64,000 nt of DNA, from contig CAYJKN010000006.1 in NCBI GenBank assembly GCA_964371075.1, positions 128,592 to 192,591 of the forward strand, read 5' to 3'. Positions 36,352 to 46,993 of this stretch are shown piece by piece. Source of the DNA: an uncultured Ignavibacteriaceae bacterium (GTDB taxonomy: Bacteria; Bacteroidota; Ignavibacteria; Ignavibacteriales; Ignavibacteriaceae). The translations under genes were made by a program, and so were the position numbers. Position 1 is the first letter of the stretch, and each line of letters starts with the position of its first letter. Under the pieces are notes generated by a model that was not told the DNA's origin, did not search any database, and saw only the letters and a list, made by a program, of their open reading frames with translations.

Positions 36352-37712
36352 AACTCCGTCATTCTTAGGTTTTCAGAAAAATCGAGTTCCTTGGTTTTGG
36401 CTTCGGGACCGTGTTTTATTTTCTTATCGAGGAGGTACAGGAAAACGACAAAAAGTCCGGCATAAATGAGAGTGAAAAGAATGAGTGAAAAGATAATATG
36501 CTCGGATGTAACAGTTTTTGAAAGTCCATCAGACGTTTTAAGCAGACCATAAACAATCCAAGGTTGTCGGCCAATCTCGGCAGTGTACCAGCCAATCTGA
36601 TTTCCGATCTGAGGCAGCAGCACAGAAAGGACAAGAATTTTTAACCATAAAATCGAAGTGAAAAGTTTACCGCGCCACCAAAGAAAAATTGAGATGAGAG
36701 TGAGCCCAATAAGTGAAAAACCGATAGTCACCATCAAATGATATGTTTGAAAAGTTATGTTAACAGGGGGAGTTTCATCTTTGGGAAAACTGTCCAATCC
36801 CCTTATGGGCACGGCAGGATCACCATGAATCAAAAAACTTAACATTCCCGGAATAGCAATTCCATAAACTTCTTTATCAGTTTCGTTCACCCAGCCAAAC
36901 ATGTAAAGAGCGCCGGGGGAGAGAGAGTCGTAATGGGCTTCCATAGCAGCAAGTTTTGCGGGCTGATTTTCAGCCACTCCTGAAGCACTGGAATGACCTG
37001 TAAAAAGTTGAAACAGAGATGCAAACAATGCCACAAGAAGGGCGATCTTCAAACCGGCTTTTGCTATCTCTTCATGTCTTTTTTTAATCAGGTAATATGC
37101 ACTCACGGAGATCACAAGGAAAGCTCCTGCAAGGAAGGCTCCACCGAGTGTATGACTCAGGCGGTCAACACTGGAGGGGTTAAAAACCATCGACCAAAAA
37201 TCTGTTATCTCAGCTCTTACAATACCGTCGTTGTTTACAAGTGAGTATCCTGCCGGAGTCTGTTGCCACGAATTGGCGACAACTATCCAGACAGCACTCA
37301 TCATCGAACCGAGAGAAACCATACAAGTGGCAAAAAAGTGAGTTTTTTTGCCTACCCGGTTCCATCCGAAGAGCAAAATTGCCAGGAATCCCGATTCCAG
37401 GAAAAAAGCAAAAATACCTTCTGCGGCAAGTGCACTTCCAAAAATATCGCCAACAAACCGGGAATAAGTTGCCCAGTTGGTTCCAAATTCAAATTCCATC
37501 ACAATTCCGGTGGCGACCCCCATCGCAAAGGTTAAAGCAAAAATCTTAACCCAAAACTTTGTCATCACTTCATACATTTTGTTGCCGGTTTTAAGATACA
37601 TCCCTTCCATAATAACGAGGATGATGCCGAGCCCAATTGACAAAGGAGGGTAGATATAATGAAAAGAGATGGTAAAGGCAAACTGGAGCCTTGCCCATAA
37701 TTCTGTTGTCAT
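36348..37712 (-). CDS. cydA: Cytochrome bd ubiquinol oxidase subunit I
   Basis: Signature GWYTAEIGRQPWIVYGLLKT. N-terminal FAFTISFHYIYPPLSIG. Confidence 0.92.
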   Translation of the reverse strand: MTTELWARLQFAFTISFHYIYPPLSIGLGIILVIMEGMYLKTGNKMYEVMTKFWVKIFALTFAMGVATGIVMEFEFGTNWATYSRFVGDIFGSALAAEGIFAFFLESGFLAILLFGWNRVGKKTHFFATCMVSLGSMMSAVWIVVANSWQQTPAGYSLVNNDGIVRAEITDFWSMVFNPSSVDRLSHTLGGAFLAGAFLVISVSAYYLIKKRHEEIAKAGLKIALLVALFASLFQLFTGHSSASGVAENQPAKLAAMEAHYDSLSPGALYMFGWVNETDKEVYGIAIPGMLSFLIHGDPAVPIRGLDSFPKDETPPVNITFQTYHLMVTIGFSLIGLTLISIFLWWRGKLFTSILWLKILVLSVLLPQIGNQIGWYTAEIGRQPWIVYGLLKTSDGLSKTVTSEHIIFSLILFTLIYAGLFVVFLYLLDKKIKHGPEAKTKELDFSENLRMTEL

Positions 37713-40700
37713 ATACGATATCCATTTCTTTTAGGGAGAGTTAAAGTAAAAGTTGATCCAAAACCCGGTTTTGAAGAGCAGCTGATATTACCTCCCAATA
37801 ATTTTACGAGCATGTTTACAATTGAAAGTCCAAGTCCCGTTGATGACTCCCCGGCAGTTGGTCTACTGCTTAATTTGGAGAACTTTTTAAATAAATGTTT
37901 AATCTCATCGGCAGGAATTCCCACGCCATGATCTTCAATTTCCAATAAAACAATATCTTCTTCCCCCCTGAATCTGACATTTACGGTGGAATTGCTGAAG
38001 GAATATTTAACTGCATTTGAGATCAAATTATCGATAATCTGATAGATCAGGTTTCTGTCTGAATTGATATAGAGGCTTTCATCCGGGGCATTAAATTGGA
38101 TAGTGATACCTTTTCTTTTTGAATGTGGCAGGTTGCTCTCTATTGTTTCTTCAATAAGTTTTGTCAGATCAAAATCATGGATGACCACATCAAGTTTCCC
38201 TTGCTCCATTCTGTCGATATCAAGCAATTTATTAATTATATCAAGCATAGAGGTTGAAGAAATCCGTATATTTTCTGCGTATCTGGTAATCTCGTCCAAA
38301 TCGAGTTCATCCACTTCATCACTTATTATCTCGGCAAAACCAAGTACACCTGACAGGGGATTTTTAAGGTCGTGAGCAACGATTCCCAGATATTCACTTT
38401 TTTCTTTGTCGAGTTGTTCAAGCTGCAAGTTTGTATTCAGGAGCTGTTGGTTCTTTGAACTTAACTCATTGTTAAGGGAGAGGAGTTTACCTGTTCTCTC
38501 ATTTACGAGTTCTTCAAGACTATCCCTTTCCATCACAAGCAGGCTTGTCCGGGTCTTAATAATAATTATGACAATGGCGAGTAAAATCAAAAAATAGAGC
38601 ATATATGCATAGTTATTTGCATACCAGTAGTTTTTGACCTTAAAATGGAATATTTCGTCGGGGGTTGTGATGCCTGAAGGAAGCACACTCCTGACCCGGA
38701 ATTTGTAGTTACCCGGGGAAAGACTGGCAAATTCTCTAAAAGAATTTTTGTTGAGTTGTTGCCAGGAAGTATCTATCCCCTCCATATATGTTTGATAGAG
38801 CACACTTGACTCATCTTCAAAAGATAACGCCGAAAAATTTATTGTGATTGAGCTTCCCGGTGAAAGTTTAAGCAGTTCCTTGCCTGTGGATACACCACTA
38901 AACCAGGCGGAATCACCAATCGTGACACTCCTTACAAAAGTTTTTCTTTCCGATTGAACTTCTCTTTTTGAAAGATCAAATTTTAACAGACCGGTACTTG
39001 TAGCAAGCCAAAGAGTTTTTTCATCAAGTTTTTTATCAGCATAGATTTTATACACATTGTACGCATTAATTCTTCCAATTCTTGATACGGTGCAACTGTC
39101 TTTTCCCGGGAGAATCTGAATAGAGTAGAGGCTTCCCTCAAGAAAGACAATCAGAGTATCGGGACAGTAGTTGCAAACAAGTGGAGAACTGTATGGGTCT
39201 CTTGCACGGAGAGGTATGTTCGATTTTAGAGGGGTGAATAGATCCCTTGTCGGGTCAAACTTTAAAAGCCCTGAGGTTGTTACAATTATTGGAGTTCCAT
39301 TGGGATTTAAAGTTGCGATTGCATTGCCAAATTTTCCCGATTCATATTTATACCAGATAATCTCAGGTTGATTAAAATAACCATTTTTGAATTTAACTCT
39401 GACAAGGGTGTGAGGAGAAATCTCCAGCCAAAAATCACCTTTTGCCAGCTCTGTAATATTCCTTATCTCACCCGTAATTCCATTTGCTTCCATTGACTGA
39501 ACCACTTTTTCACCCATTGGGTCGAGCCGTAGAACACTTAACCCATTATCTGATGCAAGAAGGATGATGTCTGTTGAATCACTTGGTGAATGAGCCATAA
39601 AACAGTAGTCATCCGAGAGCCGGGTTTCCCTGTTTCCTTCTATGCGGTATAATCCTGTTGAAGAGGTTATATAAAATTTTCCTTTATGGTGAAAAAAGTT
39701 CCAGGATTCATCAAGTTGAAGATTATGTCTCTCGAAAACATAGTCTGATGTTTTGCCTAAAAAATCGGTACTAAAAACTCCGAAAGTGGAGGATACAAAC
39801 AGTTTGTTATTAAAAATAGATACATCAGCAAGTGCGCCGAACAATTTAAATCTCTTATCAAAAATGGAGATCGGGGAGTTGATATTTATTCTCGCCAAAC
39901 CCTCCTCAAGTGTTATCCAAAGGTTTTTTTGTCTGTCTTCATAAATTGAATAGACAACATTATTTCCAAGGCCGGTTTCTTCATTTAATGACTGGATAAT
40001 GGTTCCTTCTTCATCGATAATAATCACACCTGCGGTTACAGTAGCTAATGCGATCAGTCCATTTGACAACTGTTTGGCTTCATAAACACTTCCTCCATTT
40101 TGAAGGATTGGCAGATCCCCCATTATAGATGAGGCTTTACCATCGATAACTTCATACATCGCTCCATTTTTCGTGAGGAGAAGTAAACCTCCATCAGACT
40201 TTGGGCATAAAATTATCCTCTCTGCCTTCGCAAGGATATTATTTGAAATGAAAGGAATAAGTTTTGTACCGTCGAATAATTCAGGATTTCCGGAGTCAAA
40301 AGCGACAATTAATTTTCCATTTGCATTAACAAGACTGCTAATCGACCTTTGAGAATTAAATGTATTAACTAATTTTCCATCCCAGATGAAAATTTCCACA
40401 TAAGTTGAGAAGTAAACTTTGCCGTTAAACCACGCAATGCTCCATACATCAAGAAAATCTTTTTCCCTTCCGGTCATTTTCGATTTTAGGGAAGTGTATT
40501 CCGCATTTCCTGTTCGAGTATAGGAGAGGAAGCCAATTTCGTTGAATCCTGCAACATACACAATACCATCAGGGGCGAGGTAAAGGGCTCTGCAGGTTAC
40601 ACCGTTGGGGAGTCGAATGAGTCGCCATTTTACCCCATCATATTCAAGGATACCATCAGAGTTGGCAAAATAGATTAGCCCGCGACTGTCTTGAACAGCA

Positions 40701-40867
40701 CCCCAGTTTTGTGAGTGAAATCCATACATTGTGGGGGAATAGTTATAGATAATGGGAAGACCAATAAATCGTGAGCTTTGTGAAAACGCAGAATTTAATG
40801 GAAGAAAAAGAAGAATTATAAACGAAATGATTACAGGAAGTTGTAACAAAAAATAACCTGTGTGCAA
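37709..40867 (-). CDS. Sensor histidine kinase with large periplasmic beta-propeller/Y_Y_Y-type domain (no receiver or DNA-binding domain)
   Basis: About 750 aa of propeller-like repeats, then a TM segment (YMLYFLILLAIVIIII), a coiled coil, H-box AHDLKNPLSG, N box NLISNAVKYS, and G boxes DHGVGI and STGLGLSIV. The stop overlaps the cydA ATG (ATGA). TTG start is uncertain. Confidence 0.8.
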   Translation of the reverse strand: MHTGYFLLQLPVIISFIILLFLPLNSAFSQSSRFIGLPIIYNYSPTMYGFHSQNWGAVQDSRGLIYFANSDGILEYDGVKWRLIRLPNGVTCRALYLAPDGIVYVAGFNEIGFLSYTRTGNAEYTSLKSKMTGREKDFLDVWSIAWFNGKVYFSTYVEIFIWDGKLVNTFNSQRSISSLVNANGKLIVAFDSGNPELFDGTKLIPFISNNILAKAERIILCPKSDGGLLLLTKNGAMYEVIDGKASSIMGDLPILQNGGSVYEAKQLSNGLIALATVTAGVIIIDEEGTIIQSLNEETGLGNNVVYSIYEDRQKNLWITLEEGLARININSPISIFDKRFKLFGALADVSIFNNKLFVSSTFGVFSTDFLGKTSDYVFERHNLQLDESWNFFHHKGKFYITSSTGLYRIEGNRETRLSDDYCFMAHSPSDSTDIILLASDNGLSVLRLDPMGEKVVQSMEANGITGEIRNITELAKGDFWLEISPHTLVRVKFKNGYFNQPEIIWYKYESGKFGNAIATLNPNGTPIIVTTSGLLKFDPTRDLFTPLKSNIPLRARDPYSSPLVCNYCPDTLIVFLEGSLYSIQILPGKDSCTVSRIGRINAYNVYKIYADKKLDEKTLWLATSTGLLKFDLSKREVQSERKTFVRSVTIGDSAWFSGVSTGKELLKLSPGSSITINFSALSFEDESSVLYQTYMEGIDTSWQQLNKNSFREFASLSPGNYKFRVRSVLPSGITTPDEIFHFKVKNYWYANNYAYMLYFLILLAIVIIIIKTRTSLLVMERDSLEELVNERTGKLLSLNNELSSKNQQLLNTNLQLEQLDKEKSEYLGIVAHDLKNPLSGVLGFAEIISDEVDELDLDEITRYAENIRISSTSMLDIINKLLDIDRMEQGKLDVVIHDFDLTKLIEETIESNLPHSKRKGITIQFNAPDESLYINSDRNLIYQIIDNLISNAVKYSFSNSTVNVRFRGEEDIVLLEIEDHGVGIPADEIKHLFKKFSKLSSRPTAGESSTGLGLSIVNMLVKLLGGNISCSSKPGFGSTFTLTLPKRNGYRI

Positions 40868-40931
40868 AAAATCAAATTTCTATTTTATATATTAGTAAAT
40901 TACAATTAGATAATAAAATCTGAGACAAAAA

Positions 40932-42749
40932 ATGCTTGATCAAAACCCTTATCCTCCGTATTATATCCCCCCAAAAAGGGGAGCAAAAGATTTTTTTATG
41001 ATGATGTTTGCTTCGATGCTTGGTTTTATAATCGCAAGCATTGCATTCTCATTTTTATCTTTCGGGATTATGTTGTTAATCTTTGGATTGATAGCGAGCG
41101 GTGAAACTGCCGTCGTCAGTCCAGACTCCGTCTTGAAGATCACGATGACGGAACAAATTGTGGATTCACCGCAGGCAGAAGATGACATCTTTGCACAGAT
41201 TTTTGCCGACGAAATGGGCAAGAAGATAAGCCTTCAGGATTATGTTAATGCCATTAACACAGCAAAAGATGACGAGAACATTAAAGCAATCTATCTCGAA
41301 TTGAGTGACGCCAACGGTGATCTTGCAAATCTTGATGAGATATGGAATGCTCTCGACGATTTTAAGAGAAGTGGTAAAAAGGTAATTGCCTATTCCGATT
41401 TTCTTGGACTTCGGGGGCTATATATGGCTTCCGTTGCCGATAAGATTTATCTTAATCCGAGGGGAGGCATACTCTTTAAAGGATTGGGTGCGGAAGTTCC
41501 GATGTTTAAAAATATGCTCAATTCAATTGGAGTTGAGGCACAAGTTATCCGGGCAGGTAAATACAAAAGTGCAGTTGAGCCATTTATCGCAAACGAACTG
41601 AGTGTTGAGAACAAAACCCAGTTGAGAGAATATCTTTCAGGATTGTGGGGTTCAATTTTAGAAAAAATCTCGAGGAAAACGGGATTGGATGTTTCAAATC
41701 TGAACACCATCGCTGATTCTCTTGCAGTGTTTGATCCATCTGCTGCTTACAACAGGGGAGTGGTTGACGGTTTGGTATATCGGGATAAACTTGATTCGAT
41801 ATTAAAATCTGGTTTTGGATTAAAAGATGACATGAATTTTATTTCTCTTTCAAAATATCTGAAAACGGGTGCAGGTCACTTTGAATTTAACAACAGCGAT
41901 TATGTAAAAATCATCTACGCTGAGGGAGATATTGTAATGGGCAAAGGTAGCGATGACAATATCGGTGCCGACCCTTTTGTTAAAGCAGTCAGAGATGCTG
42001 CAGAAGATGAATCGGTGAAGGCAGTTGTATTGCGTGTAAACTCACCGGGTGGGAGTGCCCTGGCAAGTGATATCATGTATCGTGAACTGATGAAATTAAA
42101 ATCGAAAAAGCCACTTGTAATTTCGATGGGTAATTATGCCGCTTCGGGTGGTTATTACATTGCAGCTCCGGGTGATGTTATTGTTGCTTCCAAAAATACC
42201 TTAACAGGTTCAATTGGTGTCTTTGGATTGGTTATGAATACTCAGAAATTGTTCAGAGATAAAATTGGAATATCCTTTGATACAGTGAAGACAAACCTTT
42301 ACGCTGATTTCTTTTCAGGTGTCAGACCCATGACGACTTATGAACTTGGCGTTATGCAAATGAGTGTTGATACCACTTATGAGGCATTTCTGGGGTGTGT
42401 CTCCCGTGGTAGAAAGTTGACACGGGATGAAGTGAATGAGATTGGTCAGGGAAGAATCTGGTTTGCTCCTGCCGCAGTGGAAAACAAACTTGTAGACTCG
42501 CTCGGGGGACTTTTTGATGCAATCAAAATAGCAGCTTCGAAAGCAAAACTTAAAGATTATACGGTTTCTTACAGCACAACCTCAGAATCATTTTTCGAGA
42601 AATTTATGAAAAATCTTGACTCGAAATTAAGTTTCAATTTTGGCAGTTCAGAAACGACTGAAAGATTAAACACCTATGTTAAAGAAATTGCGAAAATTTC
42701 CAAATCAAGTGGTGTAATGATGATAATGCCCTATCATTTTGTTTGGTAA
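40932..42749 (+). CDS. sppA: Signal peptide peptidase SppA (67K type, two S49 domains)
   Basis: N-terminal TM segment. MGNYAASGGYYIA nucleophile motif. Duplicated ClpP/crotonase-like halves. Confidence 0.85.
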   Translation: MLDQNPYPPYYIPPKRGAKDFFMMMFASMLGFIIASIAFSFLSFGIMLLIFGLIASGETAVVSPDSVLKITMTEQIVDSPQAEDDIFAQIFADEMGKKISLQDYVNAINTAKDDENIKAIYLELSDANGDLANLDEIWNALDDFKRSGKKVIAYSDFLGLRGLYMASVADKIYLNPRGGILFKGLGAEVPMFKNMLNSIGVEAQVIRAGKYKSAVEPFIANELSVENKTQLREYLSGLWGSILEKISRKTGLDVSNLNTIADSLAVFDPSAAYNRGVVDGLVYRDKLDSILKSGFGLKDDMNFISLSKYLKTGAGHFEFNNSDYVKIIYAEGDIVMGKGSDDNIGADPFVKAVRDAAEDESVKAVVLRVNSPGGSALASDIMYRELMKLKSKKPLVISMGNYAASGGYYIAAPGDVIVASKNTLTGSIGVFGLVMNTQKLFRDKIGISFDTVKTNLYADFFSGVRPMTTYELGVMQMSVDTTYEAFLGCVSRGRKLTRDEVNEIGQGRIWFAPAAVENKLVDSLGGLFDAIKIAASKAKLKDYTVSYSTTSESFFEKFMKNLDSKLSFNFGSSETTERLNTYVKEIAKISKSSGVMMIMPYHFVW

Positions 42750-42849
42750 AAAAAAAGAATTAATTTTTTGCATTAGTAAAAACATTAACTGATTTTTACT
42801 GAATTATCATTAGTTTTATCCGTTTCTTAAATATTATTTTGGAGCCGGA

Positions 42850-45231
42850 ATGAAGCGTTTATTACCACTTATATTGTTTAGTGTGATATTGTCATTATCA
42901 GTTGTCTCACAGCCAATAACTGAGACGATTCAATTGCTGAAAAAACCGGTTACTCCCGGTAGTTTTCGGGCTTTCAGCAAGGTTAACAATACTATCTTTA
43001 CAATCGGGTATGATCTCGATGTAAGCAGTCATTGTAGTAAATCGACGGATGGTGGAAGCTCATGGCAGACCACATCATTCCCGTTTACCCCCGGCGACAA
43101 CATTAATGGAGTTTCATTCGTAACTGAATCAATTGGTTATGTTGGTGGTGATGCAGGACTGGTTCTTAAAACAACCGATGGAGGGTTTACCTGGACTAAC
43201 AAGTCTTCATCGGTATATACCGGGGATGTTAATGCCATCCATTTCTTCAATGAAAATCTTGGTTATGTAGCCGGTGGCACTGTCAACAGTGTTAATATTG
43301 TTAAAACCACAGATGGTGGTACCTCATGGACTGCAGTCACAACTCCGTTACCTAGCCGTACTTTTTACGACATGTTCTGGATCAGCCAGAATGAGGGAAT
43401 TGTTGTTGGAACCGGTAGCCAATATGCCCGTACCACAGACGGAGGTGCCACATGGACCGCAGGAACAATGCCGGGACTTTCAACCACTCTTTACAGAATA
43501 AGACAGGCTGATGTTTTAACCTTTTATGCTGTTGGAACTGCCGGTAGAGCATTTAAAAGCACCGATGGTGGAGTCACTTTTACACTTTTAACAACACCCA
43601 CCACTGCAGCATTATATTCCTGCGAGTTTTATGATGCCCAGAATGGTGTTGCACTCGGATCGAACGGTATTCTTATACGGACCACAGATGGTGGAACTTC
43701 ATGGACAACCATTCCCGTTTTTTCAACAGAGGTTATCCGAGCATCCTTGAAAGATGGAAATACAATCCTTGCCGGTGGTTATGAGTCAAACCTTGGTATC
43801 TCGACCGACGCGGGAGCTACCTGGAGAAATACCGGCTCAACGAGTCGGGATTTTTATGGTGTCTATGCAGAGTCACAACTAAAATACACTGTTGCAGGCG
43901 ATAGAGGTGAACTTCACCAAACAACCGATGGAGGAGTTACATGGAGAAAGTCGGCTTTTATGATGGGTGACTTCCTCTACGATGTTTACACTTCCGGTGA
44001 CAAAATATATACTTGTGGAAGGCTTGGTGCCTATTTCACTTCGACCGATAATGGTTTAAGCTGGACAAACAGATCAGTTGGCTCATCCACAACCAGAAAT
44101 TACAAGATGAATTTTTCAGATGAGAACACCGGTTATATGGTTAACAATGAAGGCGGAATTTTATTCACGACCAACCAGGGAGCCCTCTGGAACACTCAAA
44201 CCACACTTCCCACAACAACACTTTATGACATAAAAATGCTCTCTTCAACCACAGGTTACGCCGTTGGATCGGGAGAGAGAATTTTTAAGACCACTAATGG
44301 AATAAATTTTGCCCATGGCACAATGGTAATTCCTGCCGGTCAGATGACGGGTCTGGCAATGGTAAATGAGAATACCGGCTTTATCTGTGGTGAAAACGGC
44401 GCTTTTTACAAAACCACTGATGGCTTTCAAACGGTAACACTGCTCACTGATACCGTTGCTCTTCAAGGGAAAGTGGTTCACGATATCGTAATCTTCTCAG
44501 AGGACAATGTTTGGGCAGTTGGCAGAGGTGGTTTGCTGATTCATAGAACAGGCGGAGTAACATATTACGATACTACAAATGCGGGTATCGATTACCTCGG
44601 TGCGGCGAAAATAAGCAATTACGAGTTCATTGTTGCAGCTTCCGATGGAAGAGTATATAAAGTATCTGATCAGACTGTTCCCGTTGAACTTGTCTCTTTT
44701 ACCGCACAGGCAATTGGCAATGAGGTGGTTCTTAATTGGACAACCGCTACTGAAACCAACAACAAAGGATTCGAAATTCAGAAAAGAACCGATGGTTCAT
44801 GGCAAGAAGTAACATTTATCAGTGGAAATGGCACGGTTACTTCTCCGGTGAGTTACTCATTTACAGACAAAATGGTTTCAGGGAAAAGTGTTTACTATCG
44901 ATTAAAACAAGTTGATTTTGATGGTACATCCCATTATTCAAATGAAGTTGAGGTAATCTCTGCCACCATCTCTTTTGAATTGATGCAGAACTATCCAAAT
45001 CCGTTTAATCCATCCACTCTGATCAACTATAGCATACCCAAAGCAGGACATGTATCGCTGAATGTTTATGATATAACAGGAGTGGAAGTTTCAACACTTG
45101 TAAATGAGATTCAATCACCCGGTACATATTCAATAAAATTTGATGCTTCCAATCTCACTACGGGAGTTTATTTTTATAAGCTGGAAACAGGTGGATACTC
45201 CACAATTAAGAAGTTGAGTTTAATCAAATAG
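42850..45231 (+). CDS. Secreted multi-blade BNR/Asp-box repeat protein with T9SS C-terminal sorting domain
   Basis: At least 10 (S/T)TDGGxxW Asp-box motifs at roughly 45-50-aa spacing. C-terminal VPVELVSFTA... module, then NYPNPFNPSTLINYSIP...GVYFYKL CTD. Confidence 0.85.
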   Translation: MKRLLPLILFSVILSLSVVSQPITETIQLLKKPVTPGSFRAFSKVNNTIFTIGYDLDVSSHCSKSTDGGSSWQTTSFPFTPGDNINGVSFVTESIGYVGGDAGLVLKTTDGGFTWTNKSSSVYTGDVNAIHFFNENLGYVAGGTVNSVNIVKTTDGGTSWTAVTTPLPSRTFYDMFWISQNEGIVVGTGSQYARTTDGGATWTAGTMPGLSTTLYRIRQADVLTFYAVGTAGRAFKSTDGGVTFTLLTTPTTAALYSCEFYDAQNGVALGSNGILIRTTDGGTSWTTIPVFSTEVIRASLKDGNTILAGGYESNLGISTDAGATWRNTGSTSRDFYGVYAESQLKYTVAGDRGELHQTTDGGVTWRKSAFMMGDFLYDVYTSGDKIYTCGRLGAYFTSTDNGLSWTNRSVGSSTTRNYKMNFSDENTGYMVNNEGGILFTTNQGALWNTQTTLPTTTLYDIKMLSSTTGYAVGSGERIFKTTNGINFAHGTMVIPAGQMTGLAMVNENTGFICGENGAFYKTTDGFQTVTLLTDTVALQGKVVHDIVIFSEDNVWAVGRGGLLIHRTGGVTYYDTTNAGIDYLGAAKISNYEFIVAASDGRVYKVSDQTVPVELVSFTAQAIGNEVVLNWTTATETNNKGFEIQKRTDGSWQEVTFISGNGTVTSPVSYSFTDKMVSGKSVYYRLKQVDFDGTSHYSNEVEVISATISFELMQNYPNPFNPSTLINYSIPKAGHVSLNVYDITGVEVSTLVNEIQSPGTYSIKFDASNLTTGVYFYKLETGGYSTIKKLSLIK

Positions 45232-45303
45232 GGTGGTTTGAATTCCGTAACTATCTAATGAAAATTGCATATATTTAAGGTTTAAATATTCAAGATTAAG
45301 CAT

Positions 45304-45756
45304 TTGGAACAGGCAAACATCAAAATCATAGTGAGAAACAGAAAAGCTCACTTCGAATATGAGATCATTCAGTCATTTGAGGCAGGGATAGCGCTACACG
45401 GAACGGAAGTGAAATCACTCCGCGCCGGTAAGTGTAATCTCACCGATGGATTTGTTGAAATCGTAAGTGGTGAGGCCTGGTTGAAGAGTGTACATATCTC
45501 TGAATATACACAAGGAAACATAAATAACCACGATCCTTTCCGTGACAGGAAACTCCTTCTTAATGGTATAGAGATAAAAAAACTCAACCAGAAAGTAAAG
45601 GAAAAAGGGTACACTATTGTGCCTCTGTCACTATATTTCAAGAATGGCAAAGTAAAAGTTGAGATAGCTTTGGCAAAAGGAAAGAAACTCTATGACAAAA
45701 GGGAAACGATTGCCAAGAGGGATTTGGAACGGGATAGAAAAAGAAACAATTATTAG
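45304..45756 (+). CDS. smpB: SsrA-binding protein SmpB
   Basis: NRKAHFEYEI, GTEVKSLR, RDRKLLLNGIEIKKL. TTG start. Confidence 0.9.
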   Translation: MEQANIKIIVRNRKAHFEYEIIQSFEAGIALHGTEVKSLRAGKCNLTDGFVEIVSGEAWLKSVHISEYTQGNINNHDPFRDRKLLLNGIEIKKLNQKVKEKGYTIVPLSLYFKNGKVKVEIALAKGKKLYDKRETIAKRDLERDRKRNNY

Positions 45757-45796
45757 TTCATTTTTGTTTTAGACGAAAAACAGGAAGGAGAAAAAG

Positions 45797-46342
45797 GTGT
45801 TCGTACCTTCTCGGATATTTTTTACAAAAGGAGTTGGCAGGCATAAGGATTATCTTGCATCATTTGAACTTGCACTTAGAGGTGCAGGTATAGAGATGTG
45901 TAATCTTGTAACTGTCAGCAGTATTTTTCCACCTGATTGCAAGAGAATTTCAAAAGAAGAGGGTCTCAAATATCTTAAACCGGGGCAGGTCACTTTTTGT
46001 GTAATGGCCCGTAACCAGACCAATGAACCAAATCGTCTCATAGCATCATCCATCGGAGTTGCCATTCCCGCAGATAAAAATCTTTACGGATATCTTTCTG
46101 AGCATCACCCTTATGGTGAAACTGAAAAAGTTTGTGGTGAATATGCAGAAGATCTCGCAGCTACAATGCTTGCAACTACACTTGGTATCGATTTTAATCC
46201 TGAAGTTGATTGGAGTGAAAGAGAAAACATCTACAAGATGTCGGGCAAAATAGTTCGCTCTTTTAATGTTACCCAATCCGCTGAAGGTCACAAAAACGGA
46301 CTTTGGACAACAGTTCTCGCTTCTGCGATCCTTCTCCCATAA
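45797..46342 (+). CDS. pdaD: Pyruvoyl-dependent arginine decarboxylase
   Basis: [11 protein letters not shown]...[25 protein letters not shown] includes the Ser-Ser self-cleavage site. GTG start after AGGAAGGAG. Confidence 0.85.
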   Translation: MFVPSRIFFTKGVGRHKDYLASFELALRGAGIEMCNLVTVSSIFPPDCKRISKEEGLKYLKPGQVTFCVMARNQTNEPNRLIASSIGVAIPADKNLYGYLSEHHPYGETEKVCGEYAEDLAATMLATTLGIDFNPEVDWSERENIYKMSGKIVRSFNVTQSAEGHKNGLWTTVLASAILLP

Positions 46343-46353
46343 TTTATATTTAA

Positions 46354-46396
46354 TCCGGTTGTAATCTTTAATAAAAGACTACAACCGGAATTTTTT
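46354..46396 (+). terminator. Rho-independent terminator after pdaD
   Basis: TCCGGTTGTA...TACAACCGGA forms a 10-bp stem followed by TTTTTT. Confidence 0.7.
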
Positions 46397-46415
46397 CCAC
46401 CAGTAATGGAGGGAT

Positions 46416-46982
46416 ATGGCACCATATCTTATTTATATTCTATCCATCATGAGTTCGCTTAACTCAGCACCACCGGGTCACAATTTCATCACACTTCACA
46501 GGGAATACTTCGAAAATGTTTATAAACTTCCGGAAGGAATGGTTATAAACGATGAATTTAAAGTTCCTGATAATTTTTCCAATCAGGCTGCCGTAAATAA
46601 TTTGTTGTCACAAGCAAAAAAATATTTAGGGTACCCTTATGTTTGGGGAGGTACTACGGAACGAGGTTTCGACTGTTCAGGTTTTATGTATTTCCTTTTT
46701 AATAAAATTGGCAAACCTATACCGAGGATGCCGGCCGACCAATGTATTCTGGGACCGGATATTCCTTACTCAAAAATTGAACCCGGCGATTTGATCTTCT
46801 TTGGAGGTGGTAACCCAAATTCAACCTGGATTGGACATGTTGGTATGGCCTACGACCGTGATGCCAATGGAAATATCAGATTTATCCATGCAGAAGGAAG
46901 AAAAACCGGAGTGGTAATAACACTTCTCGACAATCAATATTACAAAAAACGCTTTATTAGAGCCACACGAATTCTTAATTAA
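46416..46982 (+). CDS. NlpC/P60 (C40) peptidoglycan endopeptidase
   Basis: GYPYVWGGTTERGFDCSGFMYFLF (catalytic Cys) and a downstream GHVGM His. Confidence 0.85.
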   Translation: MAPYLIYILSIMSSLNSAPPGHNFITLHREYFENVYKLPEGMVINDEFKVPDNFSNQAAVNNLLSQAKKYLGYPYVWGGTTERGFDCSGFMYFLFNKIGKPIPRMPADQCILGPDIPYSKIEPGDLIFFGGGNPNSTWIGHVGMAYDRDANGNIRFIHAEGRKTGVVITLLDNQYYKKRFIRATRILN

Positions 46983-46993
46983 TCGGAAAGCAC

